DNA of 64,000 bases, taken from positions 2,688,001 to 2,752,000 of the forward strand of contig CBDETK010000013.1 of assembly GCA_965242865.1 (NCBI GenBank), given 5' to 3'. The position numbers and the translations under genes were made by a program. Positions 19,766 to 29,249 of the stretch are shown here, one piece after another. The notes beneath the pieces were generated by a model. That model saw only the letters and a program-made list of their open reading frames with translations, was not told where the DNA came from and ran no database searches. The DNA comes from Candidatus Latescibacterota bacterium. Its GTDB lineage: Bacteria; Latescibacterota; UBA2968; UBA8231. Positions within the stretch are counted from its first letter, which is position 1, and each line of letters begins with the position of its first letter.

Positions 19766-19886
19766 ATAAGTCATTGTCTTTCAACGAGTTACGAAAATTA
19801 TCTAACATTATTGCTCCAAAGGGATCCAACCGGGTTATGCTATGGTGCTTGGCCGGCTCTCGCGCTGGCGTTGAAAGGCCGCCGCC

Positions 19887-20900
19887 TCAAGCCACGGCCG
19901 GAGTGGGCAATTCCGGCACGTATTCGTAGTCTGGCTCGGCCTTTTGCCGCTCGAGGATGGCGGCGATTTCCGTCCAAGCCTCGTACAGCCCCTGCGGACA
20001 GTGCGGTAGATCGCTTTTGATGGCCGCGTGTAGCTTGCCGAGCCGGTAGCACGGCACCGCGGCGTACATGTGGTGTTCGATGTGGTAGTTCATGTGCCAG
20101 TAGAGGAAGCGGAAAAACGGGTTCAAGAGGACCGTGCGGGTGCAGAGCCGAAAATCCGGCACGTCATCCTGCAAGCCGATGTGCTGAGTGTTGTTGCACA
20201 AAAACAGCAACCAGCCCCCGTAAAAAGGCGCGAGCGTAATAAGCACCGGCACCAGCCACAGGCCGAAGTACAAGGATACCACCGCGATTAGGGTGTGCCC
20301 CACTAGCAAGAAGCGATCCCAGCGAATGAGCCGTCGCCGCTTGTCCGGTGCCGATTCGGGGAAAAGTGCCAACTCCCATTCGCCCTCTAATTTCCCGAAT
20401 GCCCGCCGCACAGTCGTCTTGTAGCGGGCGTACAAGCCCCACGGATTTACAACGGCGCTCTTGAGAAAATCCACGAAGCGCAGTTGGGCCGGCAGGACCA
20501 CTTCGAGATCGTCGGGCGGGTGCAGCGTGTACTTGTGGTGCTCGGTGTGACTCGTCCAGAAATGGATGTGGTTGTACGCGCCGAGAAAGCTGAACACGCG
20601 CAGAAAGAAATAGTTGAGGAACTTGCTCTTGAAGACGGTGGAGTGACACAATTCGTGGAAGCCGTTGAGCAAAAAGGCGTAGAATGTCCCGTGAAAAAAG
20701 AGGATCAGCAGCAACCACGGCCAAGCCAAGTGCTCGGCCGCGTACCAAGCCCCCGCGCCGGTCGCCGCCAGCAGCCCCAAGTGCCCCAGCGTCTGGAGGA
20801 GACCCCAGCAGTCGCTACGCTGGTTGAGCGCGTGGAGGGTCTCGCGCGGCAAGGGACACCGATACCAGTTTATTTTGCGCTGATTCTTTTTCATTTCCAT
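19887..20900 (-). CDS. Fatty acid desaturase family protein
   Basis: Three His boxes HELCH, HTEHH, HIEHH plus TM segments. Confidence 0.9.
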   Translation of the reverse strand: MEMKKNQRKINWYRCPLPRETLHALNQRSDCWGLLQTLGHLGLLAATGAGAWYAAEHLAWPWLLLILFFHGTFYAFLLNGFHELCHSTVFKSKFLNYFFLRVFSFLGAYNHIHFWTSHTEHHKYTLHPPDDLEVVLPAQLRFVDFLKSAVVNPWGLYARYKTTVRRAFGKLEGEWELALFPESAPDKRRRLIRWDRFLLVGHTLIAVVSLYFGLWLVPVLITLAPFYGGWLLFLCNNTQHIGLQDDVPDFRLCTRTVLLNPFFRFLYWHMNYHIEHHMYAAVPCYRLGKLHAAIKSDLPHCPQGLYEAWTEIAAILERQKAEPDYEYVPELPTPAVA

Positions 20901-20976
20901 GTCGTAGTCCTCTGCTAGAAGAAAGCCGGCCTTACGGTCGCAACTTGGTGCTGGCCGAGCAAGTTCTGTCCATCCC

Positions 20977-21852
20977 TCAGTCCGCCCAGCGGTCTGGATT
21001 GATGCCCGGGGCGTCGCGCTGCATGCCTTGGGGTTTGTGGACCTGTTTCCATTCCTTGCCGGTCGTATTGCGGCTTTGGAGAAAAGGTTGGGCCGCGGCT
21101 GGCGCGTTTTTCACCCATTCCGGCTCCCACTCATCTACGGGCTGAACCGGCCCCGCCCAAGCCGGCCGGTAGCCGAACTGGATCAGTTCCCGAGGGGCCG
21201 AGTCCCTGTTGGGGTGCGTGCCGTGGAAGAGGAGGGCCGGGATCATGACGACCGAACCGGCCTTGGGACAGAGGGTAATCTCCTGTGGATGCGAGACGTA
21301 GCGCACGTACGGGTTGGTTTGGGCGTGAAACGACAGGTGAGAGCGCGGGATGAGCCGGAAGGGGGCGCGCTCGGGCGGTAAGTCGTCGAGGTAGTAGAGC
21401 ACCCGCAAAAGGCGCGGCGACGAGCCTTCGTAGCCAAAGATCGACGAGCCATAAGGCTGGCCGTCGGTGTGCATGGAAATGCCCGGCGAGCCGGAGAGGG
21501 TGCGGGTAAAAAGCCCGTGCGTGAACACGATGTCCGGCCCCATGAGTGCCTTGAGGAACTCCGCGAGCGGGGGATAGCCGATCAGCTCGGCCACCGCTCG
21601 GCTCGCGCACTGGGGTTCGTGGTGGACGGTTTGGGCCTTGCTGTAGTCCTTGTGAGTCATCGGCAGGTCCTTCAACTCGGCCTTCAACGCCGCAATATGC
21701 GCGGGGTCGAGCACATCCGGCAGGAGCACATAGCCCTCCACTTCGAGGTGGCGGATCTGCTGGCTCCGGGAGAAAGCGGCAAAATCGGTCTCGTCAACCG
21801 TCATAAAGCCGATTTCTTCTTTGGGATCAATTTTGACCGTGGCGGTCTCCAT
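20977..21852 (-). CDS. PhyH family Fe(II)/2OG dioxygenase
   Basis: HTD...IPRSH...H facial-triad pattern. Confidence 0.85.
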   Translation of the reverse strand: METATVKIDPKEEIGFMTVDETDFAAFSRSQQIRHLEVEGYVLLPDVLDPAHIAALKAELKDLPMTHKDYSKAQTVHHEPQCASRAVAELIGYPPLAEFLKALMGPDIVFTHGLFTRTLSGSPGISMHTDGQPYGSSIFGYEGSSPRLLRVLYYLDDLPPERAPFRLIPRSHLSFHAQTNPYVRYVSHPQEITLCPKAGSVVMIPALLFHGTHPNRDSAPRELIQFGYRPAWAGPVQPVDEWEPEWVKNAPAAAQPFLQSRNTTGKEWKQVHKPQGMQRDAPGINPDRWAD

Positions 21853-21872
21853 GCGGTTCTCCTTTGGGCGAT

Positions 21873-22026
21873 GGGCGACGCCGCTACGGCGCCGACAGGG
21901 CGACGCCGCTACGGCGCCGACAGGGCGACGCCGCTACGGGGCGGGGCGACGGGTGCCGACAGGGCGACGCTGATACGGGCGCCGACGGGGCGACGCGACG
22001 GGCGCCGACAGGGCGACGCCGCTACA
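21873..22026 (-). repeat. Tandem cluster of ~25-bp GTAG-type REP elements
   Basis: Unit GGGCGACGCCGCTACGGCGCCGACA: two perfect and about five degenerate copies; reverse strand reads GTAG plus imperfect palindrome. Confidence 0.75.
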
Positions 22027-22687
22027 GCGGGCGCGAATCGCGCCATTTGGCGAGAGAAAAGTCGTCTGAATCGTACAGTGCAAAGACCTTCGCTTCTTTG
22101 GCCCGGACTTCGGCGGCCAATTCCAACACTTCCTCGGCGTACTCCAGCGGAATGCGCACGCATCCGTCGCCATCGCCAAAGATTAGGTCCCCCGGCCGAA
22201 TTCGTACCGAGCCGACGGAGACCGGCGCGTTGACCCGCGTCGCGTTAAAGACTCCGTGCCCGGGCACCATTCCCCAAGCGAAAATCGGCAGCCCGACCCG
22301 GCGGATCCCCTCCAAGTCGCGCACCGTTCCATCGACAATGGCCCCGACCGCGCCGAGCCGCTGGTGCAACCGCGCCATGCCGTCGCCAAAGCTGGCCCCG
22401 CGCCCGGGCCGCGAATCCACGTCTTTGACTACTGCGACCACCGGCCCCTCCAGCGCGTCAATTGCTTCGTAGTACCCTTCCCAAGGGACCGCTGCGGAGT
22501 CTGGGTCGTTGGTCGTTACCTCCACTGTCACCGCATAGCCGACGACCGGCCCCAATTCCGGCAGCAGACAGCGGATCCGGTGATCGGTGTACTCTTCGTT
22601 GGGCAGGCCGCACTTTAAGACGATGGCGTTGAAAATCGTCGGCGAGTCGAATTCCTTAAAGGCTGCTAGCACTTCGGGGTTGACCAT
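22022..22687 (-). CDS. RraA/HMG aldolase family protein
   Basis: GYAVT, FGDGM, VDGTVRD, PGDLIFGDGDG. Confidence 0.88.
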   Translation of the reverse strand: MVNPEVLAAFKEFDSPTIFNAIVLKCGLPNEEYTDHRIRCLLPELGPVVGYAVTVEVTTNDPDSAAVPWEGYYEAIDALEGPVVAVVKDVDSRPGRGASFGDGMARLHQRLGAVGAIVDGTVRDLEGIRRVGLPIFAWGMVPGHGVFNATRVNAPVSVGSVRIRPGDLIFGDGDGCVRIPLEYAEEVLELAAEVRAKEAKVFALYDSDDFSLAKWRDSRPL

Positions 22688-22867
22688 AAAGACGGGCTCC
22701 TTTTTGCAAAACAATGCACGGAAATATCGTCAGAGAATAGAGCGCATTCACGCCGCGGCTGTCAAACCGCGTCGCGCTCGGTTTTCTGCCCAAGACTGGA
22801 TTGACGCCCGCGCAAGCCCTATACTTTCTCGCCGCCCAACCCATCCCTCACCCAGCCGGAGGATTCC

Positions 22868-24415
22868 ATGACTGCCGCGCCCGACTACACCTCAAAGGTC
22901 CCCTACTACACCTTCCCGGACACGCTGGCCGAACAAGAGGAAGCCCTCGCCGCCAACCCGCTGATGCAGCGCCTGCTCAAAGCGCGCCGCTCGTATGCCG
23001 GTGACCCGCATCGCCCCATCTACCACTACATCAACCCGGAAGCCAATCTCAACGACCCCAACGGGCTGTGCTTCTGGCAGGGCCGCTACCATCTCTTCTA
23101 CCAAGCCTACCCACCAGAGGACACCCGCCAGCACTGGGGCCACGCCGTAAGCGACGACCTCGTCCACTGGCGCGACCTGCCCTACTGCATCTATCCGCAC
23201 CCGGAGCGCTGCTGTTTTTCGGGGGCCACGCTAGTTGAGGAAGACCGCGTCATTGCCATGTACCACGGCACAGAGGTCGGCAACATGGTCGCCACTTCTT
23301 CGGACCCGCTATTGCTCAACTGGAAAAAGGTCGCCAACAAGGCCGTGATTCCCATCCGGCCCGACCAGCCCTATCGAGTATTCGACCCTTGTATCTGGAA
23401 GCAGGGCAGCGCGTACTACTCGCTGTCGGCGGGCACCAAGCCCGAAGGCCCGGCCGGCAAGCCCGTGCGCGCCAACTTCCTCTTCAAGTCCAACGATCTA
23501 GAGCACTGGGAGTACCTCCATCCCTTCGTCGAGGACGACGGGTACACGCTCGTCGGCGACGACGGCGCCTGTCCCTATTTCTGGCCGATTGGCGACCGCC
23601 ACATCCTCCTCTTCTTCAGTCACAGAAGCGGCGGCCAGTACCTGCTCGGCGACTACGACACGGGCCGCGACAAGTTCGTCGTGACTTACGGAGCCAAGTT
23701 CAACTTTGGTGCGGCCGCGCCCGCTGGCGTCCACGCTCCTTCAGCTACCCCCGATGGCCAAGGCGGCGTCTTGACCCTCTTCAACATGAACCCCGGCAAA
23801 CCGACCGAGGGCTGGAACCAGATTATGACCCTGCCCCGCCGGCTGACCGCGAGCGGCGACGAGCTGGCCATGGAGCCGGCCGGCGATTTGGCGTCGCTCC
23901 GGCGCGGGCACCAGCGCGTCGGCAAAACCACCCTCCCGGCCAACGAGGAGCTCGTCCTCGATGCGGTCCGCGGCAACGCCTTGGAAATCGTCGCTGAAAT
24001 CGATCCCCAAGACGCGCCCATGGTCGAACTCAACGTCCTACGCGCTCCCGACAAACAGGAGCACACGCGCATCGCCTTTTTCAAAAACCGGGGCTTCAGC
24101 AACCGCGTCTTTGGCAGCGACCGCCACCAGAGCTTGCTCGCGCTCGACACCTCCTATGCTTCGGTCGCGCCCGACGTGCTCTCCCGCGCCCCGGAGACCG
24201 CCCCGGTCGTCCTCGCCCCGGGCGAGACGCTCAAGCTGCGGGTCTTCGTGGATAAAAGCGTCGTCGAAGTCTTTGCCAACGGCCAACAATGCGTGGCCGC
24301 CCGGGTCTATCCCGACCGCGCCGACAGCGTGGGGGTCTCGCTGCGGGCACAGGGTCAGAGTGCCGAGCTCGTCGCGCTCGACGCCTATCAGATGCAGGAT
24401 ATCTACGCGCAATAG
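22868..24415 (+). CDS. GH32 family glycoside hydrolase
   Basis: NDPNG, HWGHAVS.DL, FSG, FDP, C-terminal LRVFVDKSVVEVFANG. Confidence 0.9.
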   Translation: MTAAPDYTSKVPYYTFPDTLAEQEEALAANPLMQRLLKARRSYAGDPHRPIYHYINPEANLNDPNGLCFWQGRYHLFYQAYPPEDTRQHWGHAVSDDLVHWRDLPYCIYPHPERCCFSGATLVEEDRVIAMYHGTEVGNMVATSSDPLLLNWKKVANKAVIPIRPDQPYRVFDPCIWKQGSAYYSLSAGTKPEGPAGKPVRANFLFKSNDLEHWEYLHPFVEDDGYTLVGDDGACPYFWPIGDRHILLFFSHRSGGQYLLGDYDTGRDKFVVTYGAKFNFGAAAPAGVHAPSATPDGQGGVLTLFNMNPGKPTEGWNQIMTLPRRLTASGDELAMEPAGDLASLRRGHQRVGKTTLPANEELVLDAVRGNALEIVAEIDPQDAPMVELNVLRAPDKQEHTRIAFFKNRGFSNRVFGSDRHQSLLALDTSYASVAPDVLSRAPETAPVVLAPGETLKLRVFVDKSVVEVFANGQQCVAARVYPDRADSVGVSLRAQGQSAELVALDAYQMQDIYAQ

Positions 24416-24428
24416 AAAGGAACGCGCC

Positions 24429-25160
24429 ATGAACGAAGAAGAGAAATTTGTCTTTGACTTGGAGGGCTATCTGGTCATCAAAGACATCCTCAGCCCCCAA
24501 GAGCTAGACGACCTCAATGCGCTGGTCGACCAGCACCTCAACGGCTGGGACAATCACCCCCGCAACGACCTAAACAAGGTCAGCAACTGGGGCCAAGCCG
24601 CCAAAAACCTGATCGACCACCCCAAAATTTTGCCCTACTTAATCGAACTCATCGGCCCCAAGGTCCGCATCGACCACGATTACGCCATTATCATGAACCG
24701 CGGCGACGCGCGCGGCGGCCTCCACGGCGGCCCTAGCCAAGATACCGACCACTGGTTTAGCTACCGCGACGGCCAGATGCGCAACGGTCTGAGCGTGGTG
24801 ACCTTTTTTCTCGCCGATGCCAACGAGGGCGACGGCGGCTTCGCCTGCGTCCCGGGCAGCCACAAGACCAATTACCCGGGCAACCTGCCCCGCGATGTCA
24901 GGCTCTTTGAGCGCAGTACTCACTACGTGGTCCAACCCACGGCCCAAGCCGGGGACGCCTTGTTTTTTACCGAGGCCCTCATCCACGGCACCATGCCGTG
25001 GCGCGCCGAGCACCAACGCCGCACCTTGCTCTATAAGTACAGCCCCGGGTACTCGACATGGGCCAAGGAGTTTTACAACCTCGAAGAGTACGGCGAGCTG
25101 ACCGAGCGCCAAAAGCGCGTCATGGCCCCGCCCTCAATGCACGACCACCCCGAAGTTTAG
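24429..25160 (+). CDS. PhyH family dioxygenase
   Basis: FDLEGYLV, LHGG, VPGSHK, HGT; start at ATG 24429 with AAGGA RBS. Confidence 0.85.
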   Translation: MNEEEKFVFDLEGYLVIKDILSPQELDDLNALVDQHLNGWDNHPRNDLNKVSNWGQAAKNLIDHPKILPYLIELIGPKVRIDHDYAIIMNRGDARGGLHGGPSQDTDHWFSYRDGQMRNGLSVVTFFLADANEGDGGFACVPGSHKTNYPGNLPRDVRLFERSTHYVVQPTAQAGDALFFTEALIHGTMPWRAEHQRRTLLYKYSPGYSTWAKEFYNLEEYGELTERQKRVMAPPSMHDHPEV

Positions 25161-25174
25161 CTAAGGAGCGCACC

Positions 25175-25960
25175 ATGTCCGACTCATACTTGCTGAGCGA
25201 AAAAAAGGCCCTCGTCACCGGCGGCAAGCGCCGCATTGGCCGCGGCATTGCCCTCGCGTTAGCCGAAGCCGGCTGCGACGTGGGGATCAACGACCTGCAC
25301 GACGACGCGGACGTTGGCAAAACCCTGAGCCTAATCCGCGCCATGGGCCGCGAGGCCGAATTCTTCGCCGGCGACATTTCCGCTCGCGACCAAGTCGAGG
25401 CGATGTTCGCGGCCTTTCTCGCCCGGTTTGGCCGCATTGACATCTTGGTCAACAACCCCTACGGCGGCACGGGCGCGCCCTTCCTCGAACTCAGCGAGGA
25501 AAATTGGGATCAAAACCTCGACGTGGGCCTCAAGGGATTTTTCCTGTGCTCGCAGCAGGCGGCGCGCGCCATGGTGGCGCAAGGCAACGGCGGCGCCATC
25601 GTCAGCACCTCTTCGGTCCACGGACGGCGGGCGTGGAAAGACGACACCGCGTACGGGGCCGCCAAAGCCGGCGTCTTGCGCCTGACCGAAAGCATGGCCG
25701 TTGACTTGGGCGAACACGGCATCCGCTGCAATGCCATCATGCCCGGATACATGGACACCGATCACGTCTTCAACCAACCGCCCCCGGCGTTGGGCGTTCT
25801 CGGCGAGCAGTACCACAACATCGTTCCCCTGCGTCGTCCGGGAACCCCCGAAGACATTGGCCGAGCCGTAGTCTTTCTTTGCTCGCCGGCCGCTGGCTGC
25901 ATCACCGGGGCGTCCCTGCCGGTGGATGGGGGGCTTTTGGCCGCCTCGGCCGCCGAGTAG
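25175..25960 (+). CDS. SDR family oxidoreductase
   Basis: TGGKRRIG, DILVNN, YGAAK, VDGG. Confidence 0.92.
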   Translation: MSDSYLLSEKKALVTGGKRRIGRGIALALAEAGCDVGINDLHDDADVGKTLSLIRAMGREAEFFAGDISARDQVEAMFAAFLARFGRIDILVNNPYGGTGAPFLELSEENWDQNLDVGLKGFFLCSQQAARAMVAQGNGGAIVSTSSVHGRRAWKDDTAYGAAKAGVLRLTESMAVDLGEHGIRCNAIMPGYMDTDHVFNQPPPALGVLGEQYHNIVPLRRPGTPEDIGRAVVFLCSPAAGCITGASLPVDGGLLAASAAE

Positions 25961-25976
25961 GGGCTTTAAGGCCCCC

Positions 25977-27896
25977 ATGCCCAACTCGCCTTTTAGCATC
26001 CGGGGTCTGCTAACCGGCGTAGCCCTCTCCCTAGCGGTTGGTCTGCTCGCTCCTTATGGGGTGGTGTTCAATTACTACTGGGTCGGCTTTAACCCCTCTT
26101 CGCCGGGGGCCCTCTTTCTCTTTTTCCTTCTGACCTTTGCCGTCAATGGGTTTGTGGCCCTGATCCACCGCCACTTTGCCCTGTCCAAGGCCGATCTCGT
26201 CCTGATTTACTGCATGCTGATGATGGCGGTCACGGTGCCGACTTGGGGCCTGATGTTCTTCCTCATTGGCACCATCGTCTATCCCTTCTACTACGCGACT
26301 CCAGAAAACAACTACGCCGAGCTGTTTTACGACTTTATCCCCTCGTGGATCGCGCCGCAGGACTTCGAGGCCATCAAGTATTACTACGAGGGCCTGCCGC
26401 AAGGCGAGTCCATCCCGTGGGGCGTCTGGGTGGCGCCGATGGCCTACTGGCTGGCCTTGATCGTGGCCATGAGCTTCATGCTGATCTGCCTGAGCACCAT
26501 CCTCCACCGCCAGTGGTCCGTGCACGAGCGGCTGACCTACCCCATGGTCCAACTGCCGCAGAACATGATTGAGAAGGACGCCCAGGTGCGCTTGGCTCCT
26601 TTCTTTAAGAACCAGCGGATGTGGCTGGGGTTTGCCGTGCCCTTCGTCCTGCTCAGTCTCAACGCCCTCAACCACTACTTCCCCTTCGTCCCCGAATACC
26701 ACCCCAGAGGCCGTTTTTCCCTGTTCAACCAGACCTTGCACCTGCCGATTGCGCTCAACTTGGCTTGGGTAGGCTTCTTCTACTTGGTCAATCTCGAGAT
26801 CGCGTTCAGCATCTGGTTCTTCTACGTGTTTTCCAAGGTGGAGGAAGGGGTGTTCAAAACGCTCGGCATTGCCAGCACCGAGCGTCTGAGCGCGTACGAG
26901 TACTCGCAACCCGCCGATCTGACCCATCAAGCCACCGGCGCGGTCATTGTGTTGGTGCTCTTCGGGCTGTGGACCGCCCGGCCCCATCTCAAAGCGGTTG
27001 GGCGCAAACTCTGGAACCCGCACGGCGGTGTTGACGACAGCGAGGAGTTGCTCGGCTATCGCACGGCCGTCTGCGGCTTTTTGGCCAGCTTGCTCTTTGT
27101 CGCCGCTTGGCTCTGGCGTTCGGGGGTGCCCATTGCGGTGCTCCCGATCTTGCTCGTCGTCAGCCTGCTGTTCTTCATCTTGGTCGCGCGCGTGGTGGCC
27201 ACCGGCGGCGTGGCCACCGCGCGCAGCCCCATTGTCCCGGCGTACTTCATCATTTCGGGGTTGGGCACTTCAGTGCTCGGGGCCAAGGGCTTGGTGGCCC
27301 TCAACTTCACCTTTGTTTGGCAGGGCGAATCGCGCACCTCACCGATGGTCGCCTGCGCCAATGGCCTCAAGCTCGCCGAACTGATCCCCGGCCCCAAGAC
27401 GCGGCTGTTTTGGGGCCTGATGCTGGCGCTGGTGTGCAGCCTTTTAGCCGCGGCTTACATGACGTTGGAACTGGCGTACACCTATGGAGCAATAAATCTA
27501 TCGCTGATCGATTGGGCCGGTGCCCACGGCTGGCCTTACATCGGCCCGACCATCCTCAACATGCCCGAGGCCAACATGCGCGGCTGGCTCTTCAAGGGAA
27601 TCGGCGCGGCCGTAGAGGGTTTTCTAATGTGGGCGCAGCATCGGTGGTTTTGGTGGCCCTTGCACCCGGTCGGCTTTGCCATTGCCGTGGGCTGGTTGAC
27701 GAGTCAAATCTGGTTCTCGGCACTGGTCGCTTGGTTTTTGAAACTGGTGATCGTCCGCTTTGGCGGCGTGCGCCTGTTCCAGAACGCCAAGCCGTTTTTT
27801 CTGGGGTTGATTTTGGGCGAGGTTTCCGTCTCAGGGGTATGGGGTGCGATCTACGCGCTGACCGCGGAAAAAGGACGCTGGTTGACGAACATGTAA
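25977..27896 (+). CDS. DUF6785/DUF6784-like polytopic membrane protein (OPT-like transporter)
   Basis: RQW...ERLTYP, WWPLHPVGF, PFFLGLILGE; many TM helices. Confidence 0.75.
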   Translation: MPNSPFSIRGLLTGVALSLAVGLLAPYGVVFNYYWVGFNPSSPGALFLFFLLTFAVNGFVALIHRHFALSKADLVLIYCMLMMAVTVPTWGLMFFLIGTIVYPFYYATPENNYAELFYDFIPSWIAPQDFEAIKYYYEGLPQGESIPWGVWVAPMAYWLALIVAMSFMLICLSTILHRQWSVHERLTYPMVQLPQNMIEKDAQVRLAPFFKNQRMWLGFAVPFVLLSLNALNHYFPFVPEYHPRGRFSLFNQTLHLPIALNLAWVGFFYLVNLEIAFSIWFFYVFSKVEEGVFKTLGIASTERLSAYEYSQPADLTHQATGAVIVLVLFGLWTARPHLKAVGRKLWNPHGGVDDSEELLGYRTAVCGFLASLLFVAAWLWRSGVPIAVLPILLVVSLLFFILVARVVATGGVATARSPIVPAYFIISGLGTSVLGAKGLVALNFTFVWQGESRTSPMVACANGLKLAELIPGPKTRLFWGLMLALVCSLLAAAYMTLELAYTYGAINLSLIDWAGAHGWPYIGPTILNMPEANMRGWLFKGIGAAVEGFLMWAQHRWFWWPLHPVGFAIAVGWLTSQIWFSALVAWFLKLVIVRFGGVRLFQNAKPFFLGLILGEVSVSGVWGAIYALTAEKGRWLTNM

Positions 27897-27948
27897 CGAA
27901 TCAACAGAGTTCTCTAACCTCTTAAAACTCAGCGAAGGGAGAAATGTT

Positions 27949-28578
27949 ATGCCGATGTTCAGAAGTGCGGACCAGTACCCCGATTGGTGCGAGTTGGAGC
28001 ACTTTGAGATCGTGCGGCTCAATGCAGGCGACGAACACTGCTTTACGCGCCGCGGAACGGTGGAGAAGCTGATTGTGGGCGCAGGGCGTTGCCGACTGCG
28101 AGTAGGGGCCGATGAGATCGAAGCCGCCCTAGGTGCTAATATAGACTTGGTCGGCCCAAGTTCTTTTGCGGTGTTGAAGGTAGAAGAGGAGGCTACGCTG
28201 GTGCGCTTTTGCGGACGCTGGGGGACAAAGACTGGCGGCTCGGGCGTCTTCAATGCAGACAACAGTCCTCAGCCCGAGGATAAGGGCGATCCGGTCTCGT
28301 ACGAAAAATGGACTAATTTCGATTGCCACTTTCACGACTGCGACGAGTATTGGGTCATCCTCGAGGGCGAGGCTCGCGCCGTTTCCGAAGGCAAGACGTA
28401 CGAGATGAAGCCGGGAGACTGCCTTGCCACGGGCATGGGACACCATCACGATCTGCCGTTGGTACACGCGCCCGTGCGGGGGGTGTACTTTGAGACGACC
28501 CTAGAAGGCCAGAAGCGGCGCGGGCATTTGTGGAACCACACCCACGGGCTGGCCGAACCTCAGCCCGAACGGGTGTAG
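27949..28578 (+). CDS. Cupin domain protein
   Basis: HFHDCDEYW and GHHH metal motifs. Confidence 0.8.
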   Translation: MPMFRSADQYPDWCELEHFEIVRLNAGDEHCFTRRGTVEKLIVGAGRCRLRVGADEIEAALGANIDLVGPSSFAVLKVEEEATLVRFCGRWGTKTGGSGVFNADNSPQPEDKGDPVSYEKWTNFDCHFHDCDEYWVILEGEARAVSEGKTYEMKPGDCLATGMGHHHDLPLVHAPVRGVYFETTLEGQKRRGHLWNHTHGLAEPQPERV

Positions 28579-28618
28579 TCGCCTGTGTTCGCTGCTGATT
28601 TTGGGTAGTGGGTCATTT

Positions 28619-29178
28619 AGCACGATCCGCTCCGCATCGCCAATCCCATTTACGCGGAAATCGTGCCGTGCGAACTGACCTATTCCACCCAATCTGGGCT
28701 CGTCCAAGACCCGGCTTGGTACATCCATGCCGATGGTCGCTTGGACGTGGTCAAACTGCTGACCGCGTTCCAGACGTTCTTCCGCGAACACTCCGAGCAT
28801 TGGGTCAAGCGATTCCAATATCAAGAGGCTGGTCCGCAGTTGCTGTTGCAGGCGTTTTTGCAACGGATCGTCAACAGCGGCGGGCGCATCGAGCACGAGT
28901 ATGGCTTAGGCCGGAAACGCACCGATCTGCTCCTCGTCTGGCCACAGGGCGAGCGCACGCACAAAATTGTGATCGAATGCAAAGTGCTCCACAAGAGCTT
29001 GGAGCAAACTATCGCCGAGGGGTTGGCGCAGACCGCCGAGTACATGGACCGTTGCGCGGCCGAGGCGGGTCATTTAGTGATTTTCGACCGGCGCGCAGGT
29101 CGGCGTTGGGAGGACAAGGTGTTTCGGGTTCGCCGAGTGTCGGACAGTGGGACGGAGATCGACATCTGGGGCATGTAA
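28619..29178 (+). pseudogene. 3' fragment (copy A) of the AAA-ATPase/PD-(D/E)XK gene
   Basis: High DNA identity to 46635-47194 and ~30265-30824; ATPase domain missing. Confidence 0.9.
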
Positions 29179-29249
29179 GGATGGCGGCGGAGAGACGGGG
29201 TACGCACGGGTCAATGACCGGAACAGACCATAAAGGGGAGACTCAAACC

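Noticed and set aside
19767-19791. CRISPR leader or IHF site pair (TAAGTCATTG...TCAACGAGTTA)
   Set aside because: Only a partial IHF-like match, with no array or recombinase nearby
21873-22026. CRISPR array
   Set aside because: Units are contiguous without unique spacers, and no cas genes are present
23961-24428. N-terminal extensions of the PhyH gene, and similarly of the flippase (to 49357) and yejF (to 51637)
   Set aside because: They overlap genuine neighbouring genes; downstream ATGs fit the family lengths
28619-29178. DGR template/variable repeat pair (copy A vs B or C)
   Set aside because: Differences are mostly synonymous transitions and block swaps, not adenine-specific, and no reverse transcriptase is present in the window
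28608-29249. 738-aa ORF with a long N-terminal extension
   Set aside because: The extension is an off-frame reading of fragment A; the true start is ATG 29250, matching copy C and its RBS
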